Source: Candidatus Omnitrophota bacterium
GTDB taxonomy: Bacteria; Omnitrophota; Gorgyraeia; Gygaellales; Profunditerraquicolaceae
Assembly: GCA_030650425.1 (NCBI GenBank)
Contig: JAUSED010000005.1
Span: forward strand, 142,932-206,931
Direction of reading: 5' to 3'
Length of the DNA: 64,000 nt
Part shown: positions 28,370 through 37,541 of the stretch, in pieces
Numbering within the stretch: the stretch's first letter is position 1
How the letters are laid out: every line of letters starts with the position of its first letter
Translations under genes and position numbers: made by a program
The notes under the pieces: model-generated
What the model saw: the letters and a program-made list of their open reading frames with translations, nothing else
Told to the model about the DNA's origin: nothing
Database searches by the model: none

Positions 28370-28500
28370 GAGAGATATTAATTATTAAAATATTTAATAT
28401 AATTATTGAATATTTTGCAAATTGAGGCATAATAGTGTTAAGTTTACTTGTATCAGCGGGTTAGGAACGTAAGAATGTTTAGCAAAAGCTTGGAGGTGGG

Positions 28501-28857
28501 ATGGAAGAACAGCGTTGCGCGGCGCGCTGGAAGATTAATCAGGAAGCAGATTTGTGCGTTGATGAAGGAATTAAATCCATTCCTTGCGTAGTGGAAGATA
28601 TAAGCTCCCGCGGCATGCGTGTTTCTTTGGGAAAGGATCTCTTCCCTGATGTTTTCGCAAATTTTAACCTTACTCTTAGCGATGATTTTACATTTAACGC
28701 CGGAGCTCAAGTGGCTTGGGCTGAGAAAATCTATGAAAAAAATGTTTACGGGCTTAGTTTTAGCCGCATAGAAGAATCGACGAAAAACAGGATATGCCGA
28801 TATGTCCAAGATAATTTTCCTACTGAAATGACCAAACAAGCGTGGAGCGGAATATAA
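28501..28857 (+). CDS. PilZ-domain protein
   Basis: EQRCAAR (RxxxR) and DISSRGM (DxSxxG). Confidence 0.85.
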   Translation: MEEQRCAARWKINQEADLCVDEGIKSIPCVVEDISSRGMRVSLGKDLFPDVFANFNLTLSDDFTFNAGAQVAWAEKIYEKNVYGLSFSRIEESTKNRICRYVQDNFPTEMTKQAWSGI

Positions 28858-29517
28858 ATGTACGAACGCAGAAAATTAGCAAGATGGTTAGTTAACCAGC
28901 AGGCTAAAATTAGATTAGAAAAGAAAGATTGCGCGGTGCCTTGCTACATCAAAGAGATCAATTTTAGCGGAATGCAGATTGTTTTGGCTCCTAGACTGGC
29001 GGCTAGCCGCTATATTAAATTCGAGCTGGCCTTATCTAACGAGTTTATGCTGAAGTCAGAGGTATGGGTAGCTTGGCACAAAGAAATCGAGGGCCGGAAT
29101 GTCTATGGGCTATATTTTAATAAATTAACGCAAGCGGATCGGGACGGAATTTATGAATTTCTTTTTAATAGGATTCCGGACAAATCTTTAGAAGGAGGTG
29201 AAAAGATGGAAGATCACAGGATATTCCAGAGGTTTAACGTTAGGTTCCCGGCTAAACTCTTAGATTTAACTAACGGAAACGAGTTCTCTGCTGAAACCTG
29301 CGATATCAGCGCCAAGGGTATCGGGTTTGTGCTCAAGGATGACTTGCCCGCCAACACACCGCTAGAGGCTTGGTTGGAGGTTCCGGATAACCGTGAGCCT
29401 CTTTATGCCCGGGGTTTGGCTGTCTGGTCCCGGCAGGATGCTGACTTTGGATATCGTATTGGAATGGATTTGGAAAGAGCGGATCTGATGGGTCTGTCCA
29501 GAATTTTAAGAGTTTAA
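28858..29517 (+). CDS. Tandem PilZ-domain protein
   Basis: ERRKLAR..EINFSG; DHRIFQR..DISAKG. Confidence 0.85.
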   Translation: MYERRKLARWLVNQQAKIRLEKKDCAVPCYIKEINFSGMQIVLAPRLAASRYIKFELALSNEFMLKSEVWVAWHKEIEGRNVYGLYFNKLTQADRDGIYEFLFNRIPDKSLEGGEKMEDHRIFQRFNVRFPAKLLDLTNGNEFSAETCDISAKGIGFVLKDDLPANTPLEAWLEVPDNREPLYARGLAVWSRQDADFGYRIGMDLERADLMGLSRILRV

Positions 29518-29548
29518 AAAAGAGTTTAAAAAAAGAGCTTAAAAGCCC

Positions 29549-29577
29549 TTGACCTTGCCTAAAAAATATGTTAAATT
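29549..29577 (+). promoter_or_regulatory. Probable sigma70 promoter of the sugar ABC operon
   Basis: TTGACC, 17 bp, TG-extended TAAATT. Confidence 0.5.
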
Positions 29578-29645
29578 TTATATTCCTCCCCCTATAATAG
29601 GTAAGGAATAAAATCCAATATTATTATATAGGAAGAAAGGTTAGG

Positions 29646-30950
29646 ATGATAACTATGCGCTACGGAAAATTTTTATCGATTTTGGTAATCGCGTCTTTAT
29701 TCCTTTTCGCCGGCTGCTCCTCTAAGCCTTATTCTGGAAAATCCATTACCGTCTGGCACTGGATGACTGACCGCGAGCCGGCATTCAATGAATTGGCCAA
29801 GAGATATGAAGCCAAGACCGGGATAAAAGTAAATTTTGAGCTCTATGCTCCGTCGGATGCCTATTCACAGAAAGTGCGCGCGGCCGCGCAAGGAGCCAAC
29901 CTGCCGGATATCTTCGGGATACTCGGCGAGAAAAGGGATTTTTCCTCATTTATCAAAGCAGGCTTTATTCTTAACCTTACTCCTTATATGCTCGAGGATA
30001 ACGCGAAGTGGAAGAATAGTTTTTTTTCCAAGGCCTTAGCGGTAAATGAATTTAACGATGGTAACAGCTATGCTGTCGCGCCGGGTATTTACGGCGTTCC
30101 CATTGATATTATGACCATTCAAATGGTTTATAATAAGTCTTTATTCAAGGAATTAGGGTTTAATCCTAACCGTCCTCCGCAGACATTTGAGGAATTATTA
30201 GCAGTCGGCAAGAAGCTTAAGGCCGCTAATTTAGAGGGGTTAGTTTCCGGATGGGGCGAGATTTGGATGATTGATTGCTTAGCCAATAATTATGCCTTTA
30301 ATATCATGGGTAAAGATAAGGTGATCGCCACGATAAAGGGTGAGGTGCCTTATACTGATGCGGATTGGATTAAAGTCCTTTCTTTATTTAAGCAGATGCA
30401 GGAATCGGGGTTATTGGCGAGCGGCATCGTTACGATGGTGAATAAAACCGCCGAACAGTTATTCGCCAATGAAAAGGCGGTTTTTGCTTTTAACGGCTCC
30501 TGGAGCGTAAATGTTTATAAAGGAATGAACCCGAAACTTGAATACGGAGCTTTCCTTCCGCCAAAGGCTTCCGATAAATATCCGATGGCTATCTGGGGAG
30601 GCGCGGGCTCGTCATTTATGATTAATGCCCGTTCAAAAAATAAAGAAGAAGCGGTTAAATTTTTGAGCTGGCTTACGGAAACGCCCCAGCAGGCATACTT
30701 GGCGGAGGCTACGAATAATCTGCCGGCAAACAAGGATAGTATAAATAAAATTTCCGACGTCATGGCAAGTTTTGCCAAGGCGATGGATTATGCCACGCAT
30801 CCGAATGTGTGGGGAGTCTCGGAATTTTCCCCGGTAATTGAGGCGTTTGATAAAGGGATTCAATCCATAATCATCGGAGAGAAGACACCGGAACAAGTGG
30901 CGGCGGAAGTGCAGAAAATCAAAGAAAGAGAATTGGCCAAGAAAAGATGA
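29646..30950 (+). CDS. Sugar ABC transporter substrate-binding lipoprotein
   Basis: Lipobox FAGC; PDIF, YNKSLF, PQTFEEL, NKEEAVKFLSWL. Confidence 0.9.
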   Translation: MITMRYGKFLSILVIASLFLFAGCSSKPYSGKSITVWHWMTDREPAFNELAKRYEAKTGIKVNFELYAPSDAYSQKVRAAAQGANLPDIFGILGEKRDFSSFIKAGFILNLTPYMLEDNAKWKNSFFSKALAVNEFNDGNSYAVAPGIYGVPIDIMTIQMVYNKSLFKELGFNPNRPPQTFEELLAVGKKLKAANLEGLVSGWGEIWMIDCLANNYAFNIMGKDKVIATIKGEVPYTDADWIKVLSLFKQMQESGLLASGIVTMVNKTAEQLFANEKAVFAFNGSWSVNVYKGMNPKLEYGAFLPPKASDKYPMAIWGGAGSSFMINARSKNKEEAVKFLSWLTETPQQAYLAEATNNLPANKDSINKISDVMASFAKAMDYATHPNVWGVSEFSPVIEAFDKGIQSIIIGEKTPEQVAAEVQKIKERELAKKR

Positions 30951-31819
30951 AGTTTAAATCTACCTTAGAAAATTATGTTTTCGTAGCTCCCGCGGTAATC
31001 ATCTTCGCTATATTTTACATCATCCCTTTTATCTCGGTTTTTCAGCTGGCGTTTTTTGATTGGGACGGGATACTCCCGACCAAGATTTTTGTGGGTTTAA
31101 GCAATTTCAAAGAGATTATCGCGGATAAAGTCTGGTGGCAGTCTGTCTGGCAATCCGGTTACATTACTTTAATCGCGCTTACCTTTCAGAACGCCGTCGC
31201 TTTCTTATTGGCGTGGGCCTGCGACCGCGAGATCCGCATGAAAAATTTTTATCGCCTGATATTTTTTATCCCTCCGGTTTTATCAGAAGTAGTGGTGGGC
31301 CTTGTCTGGCAGTGGATTCTAAACGGGAATTACGGGATCTTGAATTATTGGCTTACGCAATTTGGACTGGCTAATTTAGCGCATAATTGGCTTTCTGACC
31401 CGGACACCGCCTTAACTACGGTGGCCATCGTGCATTGCTGGAAAGGCTTTGGTTGGGGGTTCTTATTATTTTTAGCCGGCTTGCAGACTATACCGCGTGA
31501 ACTTTATGAAGCGGCGCGCGTGGACGGAGCGAACAGCTGGAATGCTTTTAAGAAAGTTACCATTCCTTTGATGATACCGGTAGTAGTCTTGGTAGCGATA
31601 CTGACGATCCTAGGGACAATGCAGGTTTTTGTCTTGATTTATACGATGACCGGAGGCGGGCCCGGGTATCATACGGAGGTCCCGGTATTAAGGATCTTAG
31701 CTTCTATGCGCGGCTCGTCGCGTTTCGGCTACGCCTGCGCGCAGGGGATAACCTTCGGCGTGATTTTATGTATGGTTTCTTTTACGCAGTATCTGGTGAA
31801 TAAAAGGGCAAAGGCTTAA
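30947..31819 (+). CDS. Sugar ABC transporter permease (MalF/UgpA-like)
   Basis: LAGLQTIPRELYEAARVDGA (EAA loop). Confidence 0.9.
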   Translation: MKFKSTLENYVFVAPAVIIFAIFYIIPFISVFQLAFFDWDGILPTKIFVGLSNFKEIIADKVWWQSVWQSGYITLIALTFQNAVAFLLAWACDREIRMKNFYRLIFFIPPVLSEVVVGLVWQWILNGNYGILNYWLTQFGLANLAHNWLSDPDTALTTVAIVHCWKGFGWGFLLFLAGLQTIPRELYEAARVDGANSWNAFKKVTIPLMIPVVVLVAILTILGTMQVFVLIYTMTGGGPGYHTEVPVLRILASMRGSSRFGYACAQGITFGVILCMVSFTQYLVNKRAKA

Positions 31820-31821
31820 GC

Positions 31822-32670
31822 ATGCGTTCGACTATTTATTACAAAGCAAAAAAGACAAGCGAAAATATTATCATTCACCTATTCATGCTTACGGTGGCGG
31901 TGACTTGCATTTTTCCTTTGCTCTGGATGGTCTCTTCCAGCTTGAAGACCCAAGAAACAATTTTTAAGGATATGTCCATCATTCCCAAAGCGCTGCATTT
32001 TGAGAATTATTATCAGGCCTGGATTCAGGGCGGCTTTGGCCGCTATTTCCTGAACAGCCTAATTTATACGGTAGCAGTAGTCATTGGCATAATTATTATT
32101 TCCTCGCTGGCTGCTTACGCCTTTAGCCGCCTTAAATTCCCCGGGAAAAATATCATTTTTTTTATCTTTATCGCGGCGATGATGATTCCAATACAGGGAA
32201 GTTTCGTCGCCCTCTACGTGCTTTTAAATAAATTACATTTAAGGAACACGCCTGTGGGGTATATTTTGTGTATGATCAACGTGGGTTTATCAACCAGTAT
32301 CTTCCTGCTGAAAACTTTTTTTGACAAGATGCCTAAAGAATTGGAAGATGCCGCGCGTATAGACGGTTGTTCGAAATTCGGTATCTGGTGGAACGTAGCT
32401 CTGCCTTTAGCCAAGCCAGTATTGGCTGTCGTGGTAGTATTTAACGCGTTGAATGTCTGGAATGAATTTATTCTCGCTCTGCTTATTTTTGATTCCCGGC
32501 CGCTGATGCCGCTGCAGGTGGCCTTAATCACCTTTCAGGGAGAATTTGTCACCCGCTATCCGCTTTTAATGGCCGGCTTAACTATATCGATAATACCTAT
32601 ATTATTACTCTATGTTTTGATGCAGAAGTATATTGTTAAGGGAGTAACTCAAGGAGCGGTGGTAGGATGA
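31822..32670 (+). CDS. Sugar ABC transporter permease (MalG/UgpE-like)
   Basis: PKELEDAARIDGCS; AAYAFSRLKFPGK. Confidence 0.9.
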   Translation: MRSTIYYKAKKTSENIIIHLFMLTVAVTCIFPLLWMVSSSLKTQETIFKDMSIIPKALHFENYYQAWIQGGFGRYFLNSLIYTVAVVIGIIIISSLAAYAFSRLKFPGKNIIFFIFIAAMMIPIQGSFVALYVLLNKLHLRNTPVGYILCMINVGLSTSIFLLKTFFDKMPKELEDAARIDGCSKFGIWWNVALPLAKPVLAVVVVFNALNVWNEFILALLIFDSRPLMPLQVALITFQGEFVTRYPLLMAGLTISIIPILLLYVLMQKYIVKGVTQGAVVG

Positions 32671-34922
32671 AAAAGTTTATTGCGTTAATTGGGTTCGTTG
32701 CGTTAATTGGGTTGACAAATGTTTATTGCCAGGATAAACCTTCTTCAGGTGAATTAATCAACAAATCCTGGGCTGCGCATGGAAAAAGGGATATTGAAGC
32801 GACCTTTAAATCTACGCAACAACTGATTGATTTATACAAAGATGAAGCGGATAAGCAAGAAGCGGGTTTAAAGGCGCTGCCTAAGGCCAAGCATGAAATC
32901 GAAGAAGTGCAGGCGTTGAATGACGTGGCTACCGCTTATTTTATTCAGGCTGAGTCTTATATGCGTCAGGATAAGCCAGCCGAAGCCAAGAAAATATTTA
33001 AATTGATCATTAGCCAATATCCTTTTGCTCAGGCTTGGGACCCGCGGGGATGGTTTTGGTCGATAAAACTGGCAAGCGAGCAGAGCATTAAGAAGATGGA
33101 GACCGGTTCAATCGAAGTCGAGCAGAAGAAAAAAGTGAGCCAGCTTCCTACGAAAATTGTCCTTTATGATCCCGGAAGCGAAGAAGTTGTAGATTACGAA
33201 AAATACGGAGAATTTAAGAACGTAGGAACCAAGGATTACAAATATAGCGTTAAAGATCAGGAAGGCCTGATGGCTGCCGTAGGAGAAGGAATCTATCCTA
33301 ACACCAGCGCGGTAAGATGGGATCCGGAGTTTAAGAAGGCGCAAAAAGAAAAGCGGCTTGACGGAGACCTTTGGGATTTTTCGCATTCGCCGGATTTGGA
33401 AGCGGCATTCTTGAAATGGGCCACGGCCAGTGAGCCGCAAGGGGTTAGGTTGTTTTATACCGCGCTAAGCTTAGAAAAATCCGGGTTGATTAAACACGCG
33501 CTCAAATGCTATTACGCGATCGTCGCGCATTATCCCGGCAGCTATGGCTGGACCTATTGGCATACGCCTTGGTACGTGGGCCAGGCCGCGATTGCCAAGA
33601 TAAATTTTATCCTGCGCAATAATCCTCAGATAGGCTATAGGCTTGAAGGCGCGGATATCAGGATCATCAATGGTTATGATAATGAAGTGGCTAATGACAT
33701 AGCGATAGTCAACCCGGGGAAATTTGTTAAGGTTAGTTTACTGGATAAATTTAATCTTACTTCGCGGAGCGGCCCATCTGATATTGTCGAGCGATCCGGG
33801 AATGGAAGAGTGTACACCGTTAAATACGAAGGCGGAGACTGGCAGCTTATGGTTAGCGGTAAGCCTTATATAATCAAAGGTATGAATTACAGCCCGACTA
33901 AGGTAGGCCAATCTCCAGATGAAGGAACGCTCACCAGCTGGATGGAGGATGATTTTAATCATAACGCTAAGGCCGATGGCCCTTACGACGCCTATTTAGA
34001 TACGGACCCGAAAAAAACACCAGTGGGTGATTTTAAACTTATGCGGGATGCCGGAGTAAATACTATTCGGCTTTATCACCATCCGCATAAGGTAGTTAAA
34101 GAAGTCCTGCGTGATATGTATAAGGCCTATGGTATTCGCGTGATCATGGGGGATTTTCTGGGTAAATACGCGCTTGGTTCAGGCGCGGCCTGGAATCCCG
34201 GGACCGATTATAATAATGAAGAGCAGAAGAAAAATATGATCGAATCGGTAAAACAAATGGTCAATGAATATAAGGATGAGCCGTTTATATTATTCTGGCT
34301 CTTGGGTAATGAGAATGTTTATGGTTATGCCTGTAACGCCGATACCGAGCCGGACGCCTTTTTTAAATTTGCCAATGAAGTAGCCAAGATCATCAAATCT
34401 ATTGATCCGAACCATCCGGTGGCCATCTGCAGCGGGGATATTTTGTTTATGGATAAATTCGGAAAAGACGCTCCGGATATCGATATCTTTGGAACCAATG
34501 CTTATCGCGGGGATTATGGATTCGGCCGTCTATGGAGGGGCGCAAGGGAAGAGGCGGGTAAACCTGTCTTTATTACTGAATTCGGTTGTCCTTCCTACGC
34601 AGAAGGAAAAACTACCCAAGAGGCGGAAGAGGCGCAAGCAGCGTATCATAAAGCTTCTTGGGAAGATATCGAAGAGAATATGGCTTTTAAATCAGGAACG
34701 GGAAACGCGATCGGCGGGGTAGTTTTTGAATGGCTCGATGAGTGGTGGAAGGCCTATGAGCCGGCGATCCATGATACCAAGGGTTTGTGGGCAGGCCCGT
34801 TCCCCGACGGTTTTATGCATGAGGAGTGGCTTGGGCTTTGCGGACAGGGGAACGGCAAAGATAGCCCGTTCTTACGCCATTTACGTAAGGCTTATTATAC
34901 GTATCAAAGGCTTTGGAAATAA
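32667..34922 (+). CDS. Secreted protein with TPR-like N-terminus and a GH-A clan (GH2-like) TIM-barrel glycoside hydrolase domain
   Basis: Signal peptide; AGVNTIRLY, WLLGNE, FITEFG, FEWLDEWWK. Confidence 0.8.
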   Translation: MKKFIALIGFVALIGLTNVYCQDKPSSGELINKSWAAHGKRDIEATFKSTQQLIDLYKDEADKQEAGLKALPKAKHEIEEVQALNDVATAYFIQAESYMRQDKPAEAKKIFKLIISQYPFAQAWDPRGWFWSIKLASEQSIKKMETGSIEVEQKKKVSQLPTKIVLYDPGSEEVVDYEKYGEFKNVGTKDYKYSVKDQEGLMAAVGEGIYPNTSAVRWDPEFKKAQKEKRLDGDLWDFSHSPDLEAAFLKWATASEPQGVRLFYTALSLEKSGLIKHALKCYYAIVAHYPGSYGWTYWHTPWYVGQAAIAKINFILRNNPQIGYRLEGADIRIINGYDNEVANDIAIVNPGKFVKVSLLDKFNLTSRSGPSDIVERSGNGRVYTVKYEGGDWQLMVSGKPYIIKGMNYSPTKVGQSPDEGTLTSWMEDDFNHNAKADGPYDAYLDTDPKKTPVGDFKLMRDAGVNTIRLYHHPHKVVKEVLRDMYKAYGIRVIMGDFLGKYALGSGAAWNPGTDYNNEEQKKNMIESVKQMVNEYKDEPFILFWLLGNENVYGYACNADTEPDAFFKFANEVAKIIKSIDPNHPVAICSGDILFMDKFGKDAPDIDIFGTNAYRGDYGFGRLWRGAREEAGKPVFITEFGCPSYAEGKTTQEAEEAQAAYHKASWEDIEENMAFKSGTGNAIGGVVFEWLDEWWKAYEPAIHDTKGLWAGPFPDGFMHEEWLGLCGQGNGKDSPFLRHLRKAYYTYQRLWK

Positions 34923-35000
34923 TTTTCGTGGAGGAGAAAGGAGCGAGTCGGCACCTGTAACTTAAAACCTATAACCTAAAACCCAAAAAGGAGGGTGTTT

Positions 35001-36161
35001 ATGAAAAAGTTAGTGATGTTTTTAGCAGTCTTGGCTTTAGCTATGCCGATCATAGCTATGGCTGAAGAAAAAGCAACAGAAGCGACGACAGCGCCAAAGG
35101 AATTTGTGGTTTATAGCGATAAAGGCGCAAGGATTAACCACTACATTCCTTCGGGATGGATGGGTGATTATGGCGACATTAAGATGAATGACCAAGCAGC
35201 GGATAATCCCCATAGCGGCGCAACCAGCATTCAGTTTGTCTACAACGCGAAAAAATCCCAGAATCAAGGTTGGGCAGGCGTTTATTGGCAGAACCCGGCG
35301 AATAACTGGGGAAACAAAAAAGGCGGTTTTGATTTAAGCGGGATGAATAAACTAACCTTTTGGGCCCGCGGCGCCAAAGGCGGCGAGGTGATTCAAAAGG
35401 TTATGATCGGCGGAATCAAAGGCACCTATCCGGATACATCAGTTGTGGAGATGGGCCCGATTGAGTTGACTGACGCCTGGAAAGAATACACCGTTAATCT
35501 TAGCGGGAAAGACCTTTCCTATATTAATGGCGGATTTGGCTGGACCACGACCGCGGATTTAAATCCCGATGGAGCGACTTTCTACATTGACGATATTAAA
35601 TTTGAGTCGGATCCCGCGTTAAAACCTGAAGGCAAAAAGCAGGAAGCTGTTCCGTTTTATGTTTATTCCGATCGCTCTTCAGCGAAGAATCATTTTATTC
35701 CTTCGGGTTGGATGGGCGATTACGGTGACATAAAATATGACGGTTCCTCAAAGGAAGACCCCTATTTAGGGGATACCTGCATAAAGATAGCCTACAATGG
35801 CCAGAAGGCGCAAAGCGCCGGCTGGGCAGGGATATTCTGGCAGAACCCGGCGAATAACTGGGGGACGATTGATGGCGGATTTGATTTATCCAAAGCAACC
35901 AAGCTCTCCTTCTGGGCCCGCGGGGCCAAAGGCGGCGAACGCGTCGAAGAGTTTAAAGTCGGCGGGATCATGGGTGAGTTCTCTGATTCTGATAGCGCGG
36001 TTATCGGCCCGGTTATGTTAGAGAAGGAATGGAAGCAATACAGCATCGATCTTAAGGGTAAGGATATGTCTTATATTATCGGCGGTTTCTGCTGGTCGGC
36101 GAATGTCGATAATAATCCCGAAGGAGCTACTTTCTATCTGGATGAGATTAAGTACGAATAA
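35001..36161 (+). CDS. Secreted protein with two tandem carbohydrate-binding-like beta-sandwich domains
   Basis: Signal peptide; internal duplication (PSGWMGDYGDIK, WAG.WQNPANNWG, FWARGAKGGE, FY.D.IK.E); AGGAGG RBS before ATG 35001. Confidence 0.75.
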   Translation: MKKLVMFLAVLALAMPIIAMAEEKATEATTAPKEFVVYSDKGARINHYIPSGWMGDYGDIKMNDQAADNPHSGATSIQFVYNAKKSQNQGWAGVYWQNPANNWGNKKGGFDLSGMNKLTFWARGAKGGEVIQKVMIGGIKGTYPDTSVVEMGPIELTDAWKEYTVNLSGKDLSYINGGFGWTTTADLNPDGATFYIDDIKFESDPALKPEGKKQEAVPFYVYSDRSSAKNHFIPSGWMGDYGDIKYDGSSKEDPYLGDTCIKIAYNGQKAQSAGWAGIFWQNPANNWGTIDGGFDLSKATKLSFWARGAKGGERVEEFKVGGIMGEFSDSDSAVIGPVMLEKEWKQYSIDLKGKDMSYIIGGFCWSANVDNNPEGATFYLDEIKYE

Positions 36162-36186
36162 GAGTAACATTTGAGGTTTAGTTTTA

Positions 36187-36287
36187 CGTCATTGCGAGCA
36201 GGAAAAGGTGACAGTCACGGAGAAAAGGTAACAGTCACGAAATACGTGACTGTTACCTTTTCTTCACCTTTCCTGGCTCGCGATGGC
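36187..36287. repeat. Nested REP-like palindromes
   Basis: cgtcattgcgagc...gctcgcgatggc encloses caggaaaaggtga...tcacctttcctg, which encloses agaaaaggtaacagtcacg/cgtgactgttaccttttct. Confidence 0.8.
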
Positions 36288-36305
36288 TCAAACATTTAAA
36301 CATTT

Positions 36306-37541
36306 GTGAAAAAATATTACCTTTTTGCTATTCTATTGATTTTCTCCATTACCGGAACTTCTTGCAAGCATCCTCCCAAAGTTTTTATTAAACAATTAAG
36401 GAATAACCATTACCAGCTTATGGCCGATGGCCAGCCTTACATTGTAAAAGGCGTCTGTTACAATCCTATCCCTATCGCTAAAAATCATGAATATGACTGG
36501 TGGTCTGATCCTAAAAAGCCCTGGCTCGTCGATGGCAAGCTGATGCGGGAGATGGGGGTTAACACGATCAGGCTTTATCAGGTGAATGAAAATATGGAAG
36601 GGGTAAAAACAGTAATCCGGGATTTGTATGAAAAATACGGGATCCGTACGATTATCGGAGACTGGCTGGGTTTTTGGGAATACCCGTGTCCGTTTTACGG
36701 AGACGCGAAATTCCGGGAAAGGATAAAGAAACAGGTTCTGGATTTGGTCACCGCGCTTAAGGATGAACCGGGCATACTCCTTTGGATACTGGGGAATGAA
36801 AATAATTATTCTTGCATCGGTACGGTGAATCGCTGGTCAAGCGAAGAGATCGATAAAGAGCCGGATCCGCAGAAACAAAAGGCTATGCGCGCCAAGACTT
36901 ACTATTCTTTTGTTAATGATATCGCTAAGTCCATCCATAAGCTTGACCCTAATCATCCGGTAGCTTTGGGTAACGGAGAATTAGTCGCTTTGGAGTACGC
37001 CAATACAGCCGCGCAAGACGTGGATTTAGTGGCTTGCATTATCTATCGCGGCAAAACCTTTGGCAATCTCTTCAGGTCATTGCGGGCGACTTTTGATAAA
37101 CCTATTCTTTTATCAGAATTCGGCGCGGATGCTTACGACGCATATTTAAAAAAAGAAGACCAGAACACGCAGGCATTTTTCTTAGAGTCGCAGTGGCGCC
37201 AGATTTACGAAAATCTTGCCGGCCAAAAGAACGGAGCAGGCAATTGTCTTGGCGGCACAATCTTCGAATGGACTGATGAATGGTGGAAGCATAATCCGGA
37301 TAATCCCGAAGGCTGGAGCGCGCACGATACCGAAGCAGGCTGGTCAAGCGGCAGTTATTACTTTGATATCAAAGCTCCCGGGAATATGAATATGAATGAA
37401 GAGTGGTTTGGGATGGCGGCTTTATCTAAGGACGCGTCCGGTTCTTTGGATATACGCGTTCCGCGCAAGGCTTATTATGTGGTCAGAGAATTCTGGAAGA
37501 AACCGGATTTAAATAACAAGAAAAAGAAGGTGAAAAAATGA
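36306..37541 (+). CDS. GH-A clan (GH2-like) TIM-barrel glycoside hydrolase, probable lipoprotein
   Basis: GTSC lipobox-like; MGVNTIRLY, WILGNE, LLSEFG, FEWTDEWWK; paralogous to the C-terminal domain of 32667..34922. Confidence 0.8.
   Translation: MKKYYLFAILLIFSITGTSCKHPPKVFIKQLRNNHYQLMADGQPYIVKGVCYNPIPIAKNHEYDWWSDPKKPWLVDGKLMREMGVNTIRLYQVNENMEGVKTVIRDLYEKYGIRTIIGDWLGFWEYPCPFYGDAKFRERIKKQVLDLVTALKDEPGILLWILGNENNYSCIGTVNRWSSEEIDKEPDPQKQKAMRAKTYYSFVNDIAKSIHKLDPNHPVALGNGELVALEYANTAAQDVDLVACIIYRGKTFGNLFRSLRATFDKPILLSEFGADAYDAYLKKEDQNTQAFFLESQWRQIYENLAGQKNGAGNCLGGTIFEWTDEWWKHNPDNPEGWSAHDTEAGWSSGSYYFDIKAPGNMNMNEEWFGMAALSKDASGSLDIRVPRKAYYVVREFWKKPDLNNKKKKVKK

Noticed and set aside
278-28159. CRISPR array interpretation of the dispersed repeat
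   Set aside because: The repeat is only 12-15 bp, spacing is irregular (tens to thousands of bp), spacers are coding, and no cas genes are present
278-28159. Classical integron with attC sites
   Set aside because: No RYYYAAC...GTTRRRY paired hairpins were seen at junctions and there is no integrase in the window; only the logic is similar
2-28369. Alternative genetic code or stop read-through as the cause of the giant ORF
   Set aside because: The frame has no stops under the standard code, and neighbouring genes end normally in TAA, TAG and TGA
25-28430. Other short ORFs overlapping the giant ORF (e.g. 2440-2874, 4780-5142, 9961-10296, 11212-11556, 28095-28430)
   Set aside because: No family motifs, RBS or promoter; they are shadows of the + strand coding sequence, unlike the four accepted cassettes
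29508-29544. Short tandem repeat aagagtttaaaaa x3
   Set aside because: Low-complexity slippage at a gene end, with no evidence of function
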